Shown here: positions 1 to 8,899 of the stretch, piece after piece | Position numbering within the stretch: the first letter of the stretch is position 1 | Layout: every line of letters starts with the position of its first letter | NCBI GenBank assembly: GCA_963712275.1 | Contig: CAVQHD010000001.1 | Location: 736,001 to 800,000, forward strand | Source: an uncultured Rhabdochlamydiaceae bacterium | GTDB lineage: Bacteria; Chlamydiota; Chlamydiia; Chlamydiales; Rhabdochlamydiaceae | Direction: 5' to 3' | Length of the DNA: 64,000 bases | Notes under the pieces: model-generated | What the model saw: only the letters and a program-made list of their open reading frames with translations | Told to the model about the DNA's origin: nothing | The model's database searches: none | Translations under genes and position numbers: made by a program

Positions 1-2
1 TG

Positions 3-1667
3 ACTCCGTCGACTCAACCTCAATTTGGACACTATCAATGCAATAATGCTTTGAAGATCGGCAAAGAACTCAAAAAAAATCCTCGAGAAATAGCTCAATC
101 GATGGTGCTCGCGTGGGAAGATCTTTTAAAACAAAAGCCTCCCTTTATCAAAAAACTCGAAATTGCAGGGCCGGGATTTATCAACATTTTTCTCGATCCT
201 GGGTACCTCTCCCATCAGCTAAATGAAGTCTTCCACGATCACCGCTTAGGGGTCCCTTTCCCTCGCAAAAAACAGCGGATTATTGTTGAATTTTCTTCTC
301 CCAATGTCGCTAAGGAATTGCATGTGGGTCATTTAAGATCGACCATTATTGGCGATGCCCTCGCGCGGCTCTTTGAATTTTTAGGCCACGACGTTCTCCG
401 GCTCAACCACATTGGAGATTGGGGCACTCAGTTTGGAATGCTCATCGCCTATTTGCGGTCGGAGGCTCCCGCTGTGTTAGAGGGAAGGGAGCCTACAGAT
501 CTTCCATCCTTGATGAACTGGTATCGAGCTGCCAAGAAACGGTTTGATGAAGATCCTGCCTTTAAAAAAGAATCCCAGCTTCAAGTGGTCAAACTTCAGG
601 GAGGCGATGAAGTTGCCCTTGCCTCCTGGAAGATGATCTGCGACATCTCTCGCCGGGCGTTTGAGGAGATTTACGCCTTTTTAGATGTGCGCCTCATAGA
701 AAGAGGCGAGTCATTTTACAATCCGTTTTTACCAGGAGTTGTGGCCGACCTTGAAGCCCGCAACATGATTACAATTTCAGATGGAGCAAAATGCATCTAC
801 CTTGAAGGGTATGAAGGACGCGACGGAAAACCGCTGCCCATGATCATTCAAAAATCAGACGGCGGATATAACTACGATACCACTGACATGGCAGCTCTTC
901 GGCACCGGATTGAAGTAGAAAAAGCCGATCGCATTATCATCGTTACCGACGCGGGGCAAAGTCTTCATTTTGACATGCTTTTCAAAATTGCAGAAAAAGC
1001 GGGCTATCTTAACCGAGCAGTTGTTCGAGTTGATCATGTCCCTTTTGGAGTTGTCCTCGGAGCCGATGGAAAAAAGTTTAAAACGAGATCGGGTGAGGTA
1101 GAAAAGCTTCTCGATCTTCTTTTGGAAGCAGTGTCTAAGGCCAAGCAGATTTTGCAAGAGCGCATGCCGGAGATGAGTGAAAAAGAGTTAGAGCAGGCGG
1201 CGAGCATTTTAGGAATTGATGCTCTTAAATACGCTGATCTATCCTCACACCGCATCAAAGATTATCTCTTTAGTTATGAGCGGATGCTCCGTTTTGAAGG
1301 AAATACGGCGGCATTTCTTCTCTATGCTTATGTCCGTATGCAAAGCATTAAACGAAAAGTCGGCATCTCCATTGAGCAGGTAGCGCAAGAGGCTACCATT
1401 CAACTCGAGCATCCGACCGAGATCGACCTTGCCCTCCATCTTCGACGGTTTGGAGAAGCGCTAGAGGCTACTGCCGAAGAGCTTCTCCCCAACCGGCTTG
1501 CAGAGTACCTCTATACCCTTGCCGAAAAGTTTCATGCTTTCTTTCGAGACTGCCGCGTTGAAGGATCTCCGGAAGAAAAAAGCCGCCTTCTTTTGTGCGA
1601 AACAGCTGCCCGCATCCTGCATCAAGGGCTTGCCATCTTAGGCCTTAAAACGCTCGATCGAATGTAG
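3..1667 (+). CDS. argS: Arginine--tRNA ligase (5' truncated by window edge)
   Basis: SSPNVAKELHVGHLRS (HIGH-like) and KFKTRSG motifs; frame is open upstream to the window start (FGHYQCNNAL). Confidence 0.97.
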   Translation, partial: TPSTQPQFGHYQCNNALKIGKELKKNPREIAQSMVLAWEDLLKQKPPFIKKLEIAGPGFINIFLDPGYLSHQLNEVFHDHRLGVPFPRKKQRIIVEFSSPNVAKELHVGHLRSTIIGDALARLFEFLGHDVLRLNHIGDWGTQFGMLIAYLRSEAPAVLEGREPTDLPSLMNWYRAAKKRFDEDPAFKKESQLQVVKLQGGDEVALASWKMICDISRRAFEEIYAFLDVRLIERGESFYNPFLPGVVADLEARNMITISDGAKCIYLEGYEGRDGKPLPMIIQKSDGGYNYDTTDMAALRHRIEVEKADRIIIVTDAGQSLHFDMLFKIAEKAGYLNRAVVRVDHVPFGVVLGADGKKFKTRSGEVEKLLDLLLEAVSKAKQILQERMPEMSEKELEQAASILGIDALKYADLSSHRIKDYLFSYERMLRFEGNTAAFLLYAYVRMQSIKRKVGISIEQVAQEATIQLEHPTEIDLALHLRRFGEALEATAEELLPNRLAEYLYTLAEKFHAFFRDCRVEGSPEEKSRLLLCETAARILHQGLAILGLKTLDRM

Positions 1668-2624
1668 TGGTATTTTCGAAGGCTCTCCTGGAGTTGCTCG
1701 CACATAACGAGGGATCGCGTAGCCAGGCAGGCAGTTTCGAAGCTGATTTATAAGATCGATTCCAACCTTTTCACTCACCTCAAAATGGGCTCCCCCTTGA
1801 ATACGGTCAAGTTGATGGAGATAATAAGGAAGAATCCCGTGATCGATGAGCGTCTCAAACAACATTTTTAAAGTTGAAAGGTTATCATTGACACCCTGGA
1901 GAAGAACCGCTTGATTGAGCACAGGGATCCCAAGCCGCTGAATCTTTTTTAGGCTTGCAACCACCTCTGTATCAAGCTCGCGGGGATGGTTGACATGAAT
2001 CACCACAATCACCTGTTTCTTGACCAAAGCAAGCATCTTTAAAAAAGAGTCATCGATCCTCTCGGGAATGCCGATGGGAAAACGGGTATGAAATCGAATG
2101 CGCCTTACATGAGGAATGGCTGACAAGGCCTCTAACAAGTCTCCTAAGGCAGAGTCGGAAAGAGAAAGTGGATCTCCTCCACTTAAAATGATTTCTTCTA
2201 ATGAATGCTCTTCACGGATTTCTTTTAATTCAGATTCAAAAAGTTTTTGCCGGGTTTCGTAGGGAAAATGTTGTCGAAAACAAAATCGGCAGTGCATCGC
2301 GCAGCTGCTTGTACAGAGCAGCAGTGCACGCCCTTCGTACCGGTGCAAGAGCTTCCCCGTTTTTTGAGTCGCCGTATCACCCACCGGATCGTGGCAAAAT
2401 CCCGCCGAGACCACCCGCTCTTCCTGTAGGGGAACAAATTGCCGAAAAATCGGATCGTCTAAACAATTCTTCTGAATTTTTTCAGCCAGCCGGCAAGGGA
2501 GGTTGAGAGGAAAGCGAGCATGGGGAAGCACATGCTTTTGATGCTCCTCATCCAGCTGGAGATACTCCACCAGCATCTTCCACTGCCTAAAATTTTGCTT
2601 TTGAATTTGCCTCCACGGGATCAT
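1638..2624 (-). CDS. epmB: KamA-family radical SAM protein (EF-P beta-lysylation EpmB-like)
   Basis: CxxxCxxC motif (CAMHCRFC), LSGGDPL, PYYLHQLD. Likely ATG at 2624 overlaps the upstream stop (ATGA). 3' end overlaps the end of argS by 30 bp. Confidence 0.85.
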   Translation of the reverse strand: MIPWRQIQKQNFRQWKMLVEYLQLDEEHQKHVLPHARFPLNLPCRLAEKIQKNCLDDPIFRQFVPLQEERVVSAGFCHDPVGDTATQKTGKLLHRYEGRALLLCTSSCAMHCRFCFRQHFPYETRQKLFESELKEIREEHSLEEIILSGGDPLSLSDSALGDLLEALSAIPHVRRIRFHTRFPIGIPERIDDSFLKMLALVKKQVIVVIHVNHPRELDTEVVASLKKIQRLGIPVLNQAVLLQGVNDNLSTLKMLFETLIDHGILPYYLHQLDRIQGGAHFEVSEKVGIDLINQLRNCLPGYAIPRYVRATPGEPSKIPLHSIERFKA

Positions 2625-3826
2625 GAAGCCCGGTTTTTCAGTTCTTTCCACGATGGCAGCAGATTTAAAATCGCGTCAAATTGAATCACAACGTAGCTCT
2701 TAATCTCAGACGCCTGTGCTTCTTGCAGACTCATTAAAGAAAGCAGGGAGGAGTTTGCAGCCATCGCCCGGAATTCTTGAACAACCTCTTGCGACAACGA
2801 GGCAGCGACGATTTTTTTAGAGCCTCGTTGAAGCACGTGGAGCTCTTTTGCAAGCAGGAAAAAGGCTGTGCAATGAACAACGCCTGCCACAATCATTAAG
2901 TAAGCCCGCTGGACATAGGTATAATAGGTCCACGCAAGAGCTAAGACTCCAACTCCCACGACCTTCAACTGATGACTCCGACACAGTTTGTCAAAGTTTT
3001 GGAAGAATGTTTTGATTTCTTCTAAGTCTTTAGGTGGAATGTCTGCGGCTGTTATGCTCTTAAGATTTTTCTTCTCGGGAAAGAGGGCGGAGCTTAGAAA
3101 GCCTATGGGAGAGTGCATTGCTGATATTGTTAAGGATAAAAGCTTCTCAGAATTTGCTACAATTAGGTTATGCAAATATTGAATTGCCGATAATTGCTCT
3201 TTAAAAAGGATTAAACTTTTTTCATGCTCTTCGCAGCGTATCTTTCTTCGATGTGTTTGTAGATAAGAACCTATGAACAAGCTCTTTTCTAACCCTGCAT
3301 ACACCTCTTTTATCTGGTCAGGAAACTGGTTTAAATTTTCAGATGTAAGATTCTCGATAATCTGGCTGAACTGCCCTACTGCATCGGTAATAAGAGTGCA
3401 TCTTGAGGAAAGGATCCAAAAGGCGCACGCTGCACATCCATTAGCCAAGGCGAGAAACTTATGCGATGGAGCATAAAACAATCCAATTCCTGCGGTCGCC
3501 ACTCCACCTGCAAAAACAACTTTGTTCCCTATTTTTAATAGAGGCCCCAAATTGGTTAAAAAAGGTCGCCCACCTTTCCAAGAGGTAACGGTAAGAGTCT
3601 TTTGAGCTGCAATGTTTAAAGCATTAAAGGCTTGAGAGGCTTCTTTTGATAACTTCCCTGGATCTGTTTTTCCTACCAAGGCTTGCAAGGCTTCCGCATA
3701 AGAGGTTTTTTGAAAGCCTCTTAGTTGAGCAACCACAGCGGCAGTGATCGACCTCTTCTGATCATGGTTCAACCGGTTAAATGGATGATCTGGCAGTGTG
3801 GCTGTTGCCGCTGTGGGATTGCTCAT
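2621..3826 (-). CDS. Hypothetical protein with two bilobed hydrophobic segments (Inc-like candidate)
   Basis: 401-aa ORF with two ~40-aa hydrophobic hairpin-like stretches and an Ala/Thr-rich N-terminus. Confidence 0.6.
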   Translation of the reverse strand: MSNPTAATATLPDHPFNRLNHDQKRSITAAVVAQLRGFQKTSYAEALQALVGKTDPGKLSKEASQAFNALNIAAQKTLTVTSWKGGRPFLTNLGPLLKIGNKVVFAGGVATAGIGLFYAPSHKFLALANGCAACAFWILSSRCTLITDAVGQFSQIIENLTSENLNQFPDQIKEVYAGLEKSLFIGSYLQTHRRKIRCEEHEKSLILFKEQLSAIQYLHNLIVANSEKLLSLTISAMHSPIGFLSSALFPEKKNLKSITAADIPPKDLEEIKTFFQNFDKLCRSHQLKVVGVGVLALAWTYYTYVQRAYLMIVAGVVHCTAFFLLAKELHVLQRGSKKIVAASLSQEVVQEFRAMAANSSLLSLMSLQEAQASEIKSYVVIQFDAILNLLPSWKELKNRAS

Positions 3827-4110
3827 TGGGTTAAGCTTATCCTAGCAGGTGCTTCCGAAGAAAATCAGCTGTTTCTTGCTTAAACTTGGCAAACTCCTCT
3901 TCAGATAAAGATTGTTTACTTATGGCTAGATGATTGATTTGCAAGGGATTACTAGAGAAACAATAGGACTTACACATTAGATCAAGTTGTTGGATAGCGA
4001 GCTGTTCATTACGGCTGAAAAAATCAAACCAACTTACCTGAAGCTCTAAGGGGAAATTTTCATTGCGTACGATTGCATCCTGCTCCTCAGGAGAAAAAGG
4101 AAGATCTTCT

Positions 4111-5685
4111 GAGGGAATTGCAAAACTAACGAAAGGGAAGACTTTTTCGGGTCCGTTTTAGCAAAACCTACAGCAACTCCGAAAAAGTCTTCCCTTTCGT
4201 CATTTCTGTAATAGCGTTGCGATTTTCAACCACAAGTCACTTTTAACAAACACCTTGCGTCTGATATAATTAGCTTTCTGACAAACAATCACATCAGAGC
4301 AAGGAGCAAACCACGTGGGTCAGCTGACAGACACTTTATCAAAATATTGGGAAAAAATTCAAGGCTCTCTTTTCGCTTGGTTAGAAGAAGAGCTCGATCC
4401 ACTGACAGAAAAGCAGCAACAATTGGTTTCTATTTTGGAAGTGGTACGCATCGAAGACTTTCTTCCTTGCTATTACGGATGTGAGGGCCGCCCACAAAAA
4501 ACACGTTCAGCAATTGCCAGATCATTCGTTGTTAAAATGGTATACAATCTCGATACGACAACATTTTTGATTGATCGCTTGAAAAGCGATAAAAACCTAC
4601 GACGTATTTGTGGGTGGGAATCTCTGTCTGAACTGCCTAGTGAGGCTACTTTTTCTAGAGCCTTCACTGAGTTTGCTAAAACAGGGCTTCCTCAGCGCGC
4701 ACATGAGGCGCTGATTGTAAAGACATTGAAAAACGAAGTCGTTTTGCATAATTCACGCGATTCAACCGCAATCGAGGCTCGAGAACGGCCGCAAACCAAA
4801 ACTAAGAACAAGGCAACGCAAAACAGTGAAGATCCGGATCAGGAATTGGAGCCAAAGAAAAAAGGTCGCCCTAAAAAAGGCCAAAAACGAGCCAAACCCG
4901 AACCTACGCGCATAGACAGACAAAAAACGATGACGCTAGAAGAAATGCTGGCTGATTTACCGACAGCATGCGACAAAGGTGCTAAAAAAGACAGCAAAGG
5001 TAATACAATGTACTGGACTGGCTACAAGTTACATTTAGATACCATTGACGGAGGCATCCCTGTCAGCGCTATTGTTACTTCAGCTTCAGTTCATGACAGT
5101 CAGGTTGCAATTCCTCTGGCCACTTTAACTGCCACGAGAATCATCAACTGCTATGACCTCATGGATGCCGCTTACGACATCCCAGGTATTATCGCACATA
5201 GCCAATCTCTCGGACACAAGCCCCTAATCGATAAGAATCCAAGAGCAGACAAACAGCTCAAAAAAGACCTTGAAGCGGAAAGTCTTGCAAGAAGAACTCT
5301 GAATTTAATTTTCCCAGAAACACTGCGTTATAATGAAAGGACAGCTGCGGAACGAACCAATTCTCGTCTGAAAGACGAATTTGGTGCTTGCAAACTCAGG
5401 GTGCGCGGACTTAGTAAGGTTGCGTGCCATCTTATGTTTGGCGTGTTGGTATTGACAGCCGACCAATTGATGAAATTGGTCACGTAATCTTGCTGTAGGG
5501 TGAAAAAGTCTTCTGGCCAATGATCAAATGGGCTCCCGCTTGTTCTCACAGTGAAGATTTTTTGGATAAAACATCTAAAATTACGAGACTGGAATCGAAA
5601 AAGTGATTTTTCGGGGCCTGCCAACCGGTTTGCATTCACTATCCCCGAAAAATCACTTTTTCGTTTCTAGTTTTGCAATTCCCTC
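4111..5685 (+). mobile_element. Insertion sequence copy 1 (1575 bp, IS5/IS1182-like DDE)
   Basis: 18-bp perfect terminal IR GAGGGAATTGCAAAACTA; 4-bp direct repeat TTCT at 4107-4110 and 5686-5689; encloses a transposase. Confidence 0.95.
4315..5487 (+). CDS. DDE transposase
   Basis: RDSTAIE, WTGYKLHL, SVHDSQ, MDAAYD and YNERTAAERTNSRLK motifs; identical protein at 27028-28200. Confidence 0.93.
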   Translation: MGQLTDTLSKYWEKIQGSLFAWLEEELDPLTEKQQQLVSILEVVRIEDFLPCYYGCEGRPQKTRSAIARSFVVKMVYNLDTTTFLIDRLKSDKNLRRICGWESLSELPSEATFSRAFTEFAKTGLPQRAHEALIVKTLKNEVVLHNSRDSTAIEARERPQTKTKNKATQNSEDPDQELEPKKKGRPKKGQKRAKPEPTRIDRQKTMTLEEMLADLPTACDKGAKKDSKGNTMYWTGYKLHLDTIDGGIPVSAIVTSASVHDSQVAIPLATLTATRIINCYDLMDAAYDIPGIIAHSQSLGHKPLIDKNPRADKQLKKDLEAESLARRTLNLIFPETLRYNERTAAERTNSRLKDEFGACKLRVRGLSKVACHLMFGVLVLTADQLMKLVT

Positions 5686-6641
5686 TTCTATTATTTTTTT
5701 GCGGACTTGAATTTCTTCTAGAGTTACTTGACGAGGAGCTTTTTCTGTTTTGGAAGGGATCGTCGCTTCCGCAGTAGTTAAATATTGAGCTTTCCCTTGC
5801 TGAACAAAATTTTCAATGAAAACGTCTTGGGATTCTGGGTTCTGTAATGCCTGGCTTATATAAGACAGCCGTTCTTCAATGCCCAAGTTATTGGTAAATT
5901 TGAAATGAGTGTATTCTCCTGTTCCGTTGGGGATAGGGTTTAGAAGGGGAAGTATGAGTTCGGTAGGACCTTTTTCCGTTTGCTGACTTCCTGGAAAATG
6001 GGTTGCCATCTCAGCTATTTCAGGGAAGCCTCCTTTTATGAGTTGTCGCATTGCATTAGGGTCGTTAGCATACATTTTAAAGGCTTCTTCAAGACTTTGT
6101 TTAATAGCTGGCTTGAGAAATGTCATCAGTTGTTGACAGGTCTCTTGCCATTGTTTCGCACGAAAATCTTGACTTATCTTATCGGAAGACGTATCCCGGG
6201 AAGGGACTTGGAAGGCAGTTTCCTGTGGTAATAATGCAGGATCGACAGGTTCATAATTATTGACATCTTTATAATCCGCATAAGCTTCATCTAATATTTT
6301 AGCGAGCTCTGGATCGAGATCTTCCGCATTGGATTTTTGATCGGTTTCTTGCGAGGAGACAGAGGTTGATGTTGTCGTTGTTGTCGCCCCTAAAAAAGAC
6401 AGATCAAAAGCTTGAAAAGCTTCTGCTAAAATTTTGTCACGAGCCCTCTCGGGATCTTGATTTTCTAGTTGCGAGAAAGAGGATGTTGAAATTGTATGTG
6501 TAGGATTTGTCCGTGAAGTCATAGATTCTCCTTATACGTTAAACAAAACGAGACGATTTTAAAATGGATGAGCAATATTTGTCACTCCAATTTTAGACGA
6601 GCGATTCTCGCTATCCTAATAAAGAGCGCTGGAATCGAAAT

Positions 6642-7997
6642 TTACCCTGTAGCGACAAGCTTGCTGCTGGAGAGAGACTCTCGGGTGACATCGGCCCCTA
6701 GGGAGGAGAGTTTTTCGACGAGGTTTTCATACCCTCGATCGAGATAGTGGGCGCCAGAGATGAGACTTGTGTCAGGCGCCATTAAGGCGGCAAGAACGTA
6801 GGCAAAGCCTGCCCGAAGATCGGGGATGGTGATATCTTTAGAGGCAAGGGGTGTGGGTCCTTTGACGACAATGCTGTGACAATAGTTTTGAGATTTGAAG
6901 CGGCATGGAACGCTTCCCAGGCACTGGGTGAACAGCTGGATATCTGCTCCCATGGCTTTTAATGTTTCGGTATAGCCAAATCGATTTTCATAGACGGTTT
7001 CATGGACGATCGAATGCCCGTCTGCTTGTGTTAAAAGGGCGACAAATGGCTGCTGCCAGTCGGTTAAAAAGCCAGGATGGACGTCGGTTTCTAGGAGAAG
7101 CCCTCCTTTAAGAGGTCCTCTATAGAAAAATTCAATGCCGTTATTTCTGACATGAAAACCGGCTCCCAGCTCGCGCAGCTTATTCAGAAAGGTGATCATG
7201 TGGGCATGTTGCGCTCCTTCGACGAAAACGGTGCCTTTTGTGCTAATGGCTGCCATTCCAAGAGAGGCAGCCTCGATTCGATCGGTAATTACACTATGTT
7301 CTACTTCATAAAATTCTTGAGCCGCTTGAATGCGAATGGTTCGATCGACGTCTACGACAATGGGAACGCCAAGCTTTTGCAAGAAAAGAACGAGGTCGAT
7401 GATTTCAGGCTCAATCGCAGCATTTTTGATCACTGTCATCCCTTTTGCGCGGCAGGCAGCAAGAATCGTGTTTTCCGTTGCCCCCACAGAAGGGAAAGGA
7501 AGTTCGATGAGAGCCCCATGAAGACCTTGATGCGCTCTGGCAAAATAGGCTCCCTCTTTTTTCATCTCGCGGAATTCAATCGTTGCGCCGAGTTTTTCAA
7601 AGGCAGAAATGTGAAAATCGACAGGCCGGGGTCCAATTTTGCACCCACCAGCGGTGGGAACGATAATATCTTCATCGGTTCGCCCGAGTAGAGCTCCGAT
7701 CATTAAAATGGGAATTCGATTAGATCCTGAGAACCGCTGCGGAATATAGGTTGTCTTGAGATGTTTCGTGACAATTTCAATCACCCCTTCTCTTTGATCC
7801 CAATGAACTGTGCTTCCAATTTCACGACAGAGATCGACAGTGACTTCGACTTCTAAAATATTGGGAACGTTAAAAAAGACACACCGCTTATCTGAAATCG
7901 CCGAAGCGACGAGAAGTTTCGTGACAGCATTTTTTGCGCCGGCTGCCTTCACATGACCTTTGAGAGGCTTGCCCCCTTTAATTTTTAAGATGTCCAT
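6642..7997 (-). CDS. murA: UDP-N-acetylglucosamine 1-carboxyvinyltransferase
   Basis: GAKNA, GGCKIGPRPVDFH, PSVGATEN, HPGFLTDWQ, PDLRAG, LDRGYE motifs. Confidence 0.97.
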   Translation of the reverse strand: MDILKIKGGKPLKGHVKAAGAKNAVTKLLVASAISDKRCVFFNVPNILEVEVTVDLCREIGSTVHWDQREGVIEIVTKHLKTTYIPQRFSGSNRIPILMIGALLGRTDEDIIVPTAGGCKIGPRPVDFHISAFEKLGATIEFREMKKEGAYFARAHQGLHGALIELPFPSVGATENTILAACRAKGMTVIKNAAIEPEIIDLVLFLQKLGVPIVVDVDRTIRIQAAQEFYEVEHSVITDRIEAASLGMAAISTKGTVFVEGAQHAHMITFLNKLRELGAGFHVRNNGIEFFYRGPLKGGLLLETDVHPGFLTDWQQPFVALLTQADGHSIVHETVYENRFGYTETLKAMGADIQLFTQCLGSVPCRFKSQNYCHSIVVKGPTPLASKDITIPDLRAGFAYVLAALMAPDTSLISGAHYLDRGYENLVEKLSSLGADVTRESLSSSKLVATG

Positions 7998-8155
7998 GTG
8001 CGCCCCCTGAATCGATTCTATCTAGTCTCTGTAGCGTGAACGAAATTAATTCGCAAGAACATCGCAACTCTTCCAAGAGTAGGAGGGAGGATGGCTTGCA
8101 GGAGAGTAGCTTACTGCAACTGTTTGATTTGGGAAAAGTGTTTTTTGGCATCAAC

Positions 8156-8228
8156 GGTAGGAGGAAAGTGAGATAGGGCTTTTTGGCGGCGCTCAAAAAG
8201 CCCTATCTCACTTTCCTCCCTTCCTACC
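8156..8228. repeat. 73-bp palindromic miniature element with 8-bp flanking direct repeat
   Basis: 26-bp perfect inner stem; termini GGTAGG...CCTACC; GCATCAAC at 8148-8155 and 8229-8236. Confidence 0.8.
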
Positions 8229-8231
8229 GCA

Positions 8232-8741
8232 TCAACATAGCATAGGGCACTCGCAGGTTTTATCGCATTTTTTACCCCTAAAAAAACGAGCAGACGCTGC
8301 CACACAACATAATGCACCGATGGTAACGCAAGGTATTCCGATTGCATTGAAGACTGTAATAAGAGCCGAGATATCCCACCCCCCATACCCAGCGTGGGAC
8401 GTCGCATTCGTTGCATACCCTAAAAGAACGCTACCACCAATCAAGAGTGGCAAAGCCAGACAACAACACACAACAGGCATTACCTTAGGAATACAACATT
8501 GATGTTCCACGCAACGTTGCACCCAATTGGGGCAATTGTCCGTGCAACCTTCCGTGCAACCGCGCTCCGGTCTTGTCGAGTAGTCGTGGTAGTAGCTGCT
8601 GTTATTGCTCGAGATTGTATTGCTTGTTTGCGTATACGTATTGTATGTCCGTTTTGGTTCTTCTTTTGATTTCTCTATAGGAATTAGAATTGGCATATAT
8701 TCTTGTCCATACATTGTAACGGGAGCACCTACGACGGCCAT
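8232..8741 (-). CDS. Cys-rich membrane protein (Inc-like candidate)
   Basis: 169-aa ORF with a GGAG RBS, hydrophilic N-terminus and two adjacent hydrophobic helices flanked by Cys clusters. Confidence 0.65.
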   Translation of the reverse strand: MAVVGAPVTMYGQEYMPILIPIEKSKEEPKRTYNTYTQTSNTISSNNSSYYHDYSTRPERGCTEGCTDNCPNWVQRCVEHQCCIPKVMPVVCCCLALPLLIGGSVLLGYATNATSHAGYGGWDISALITVFNAIGIPCVTIGALCCVAASARFFRGKKCDKTCECPMLC

Positions 8742-8851
8742 ACATAATCTCCATTGTTAGGATCAAAGGCCAAGTTTCCTCTCACAAAATATTTATTGCA
8801 ATGATTTATTAAAGCCATTCTCGGTGTGCTTCATAATGATTGATCCCTCTA

Positions 8852-8898
8852 GAGGTAATTGCAAAACTCAGATGAATCTGAGTTTTGCGAGCTACCTC
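8852..8898. repeat. 47-bp MITE with IS-like termini (family B)
   Basis: GAGGTAATTGCAAAACTC matches the IS IR at 16/18; palindromic; flanked by TCTA/TCTA. Confidence 0.8.
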
Positions 8899-8899
8899 T

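Larger units (their letters stand above)
3837..6522 (-). pseudogene. Hypothetical protein split by IS copy 1
   Basis: Removing IS 4111-5685 and one TTCT copy joins ...RKKIIE to DLPFSPEEQDAIVRNENF...FLRKHLLG* (about 90 more codons, stop at 3837-3839). Confidence 0.85.

Noticed and set aside
6260..6330. EDLDPELAKILDEAYADY resembling a Pex19 N-terminal helix
   Set aside because: A short acidic amphipathic match, too weak to support without a search
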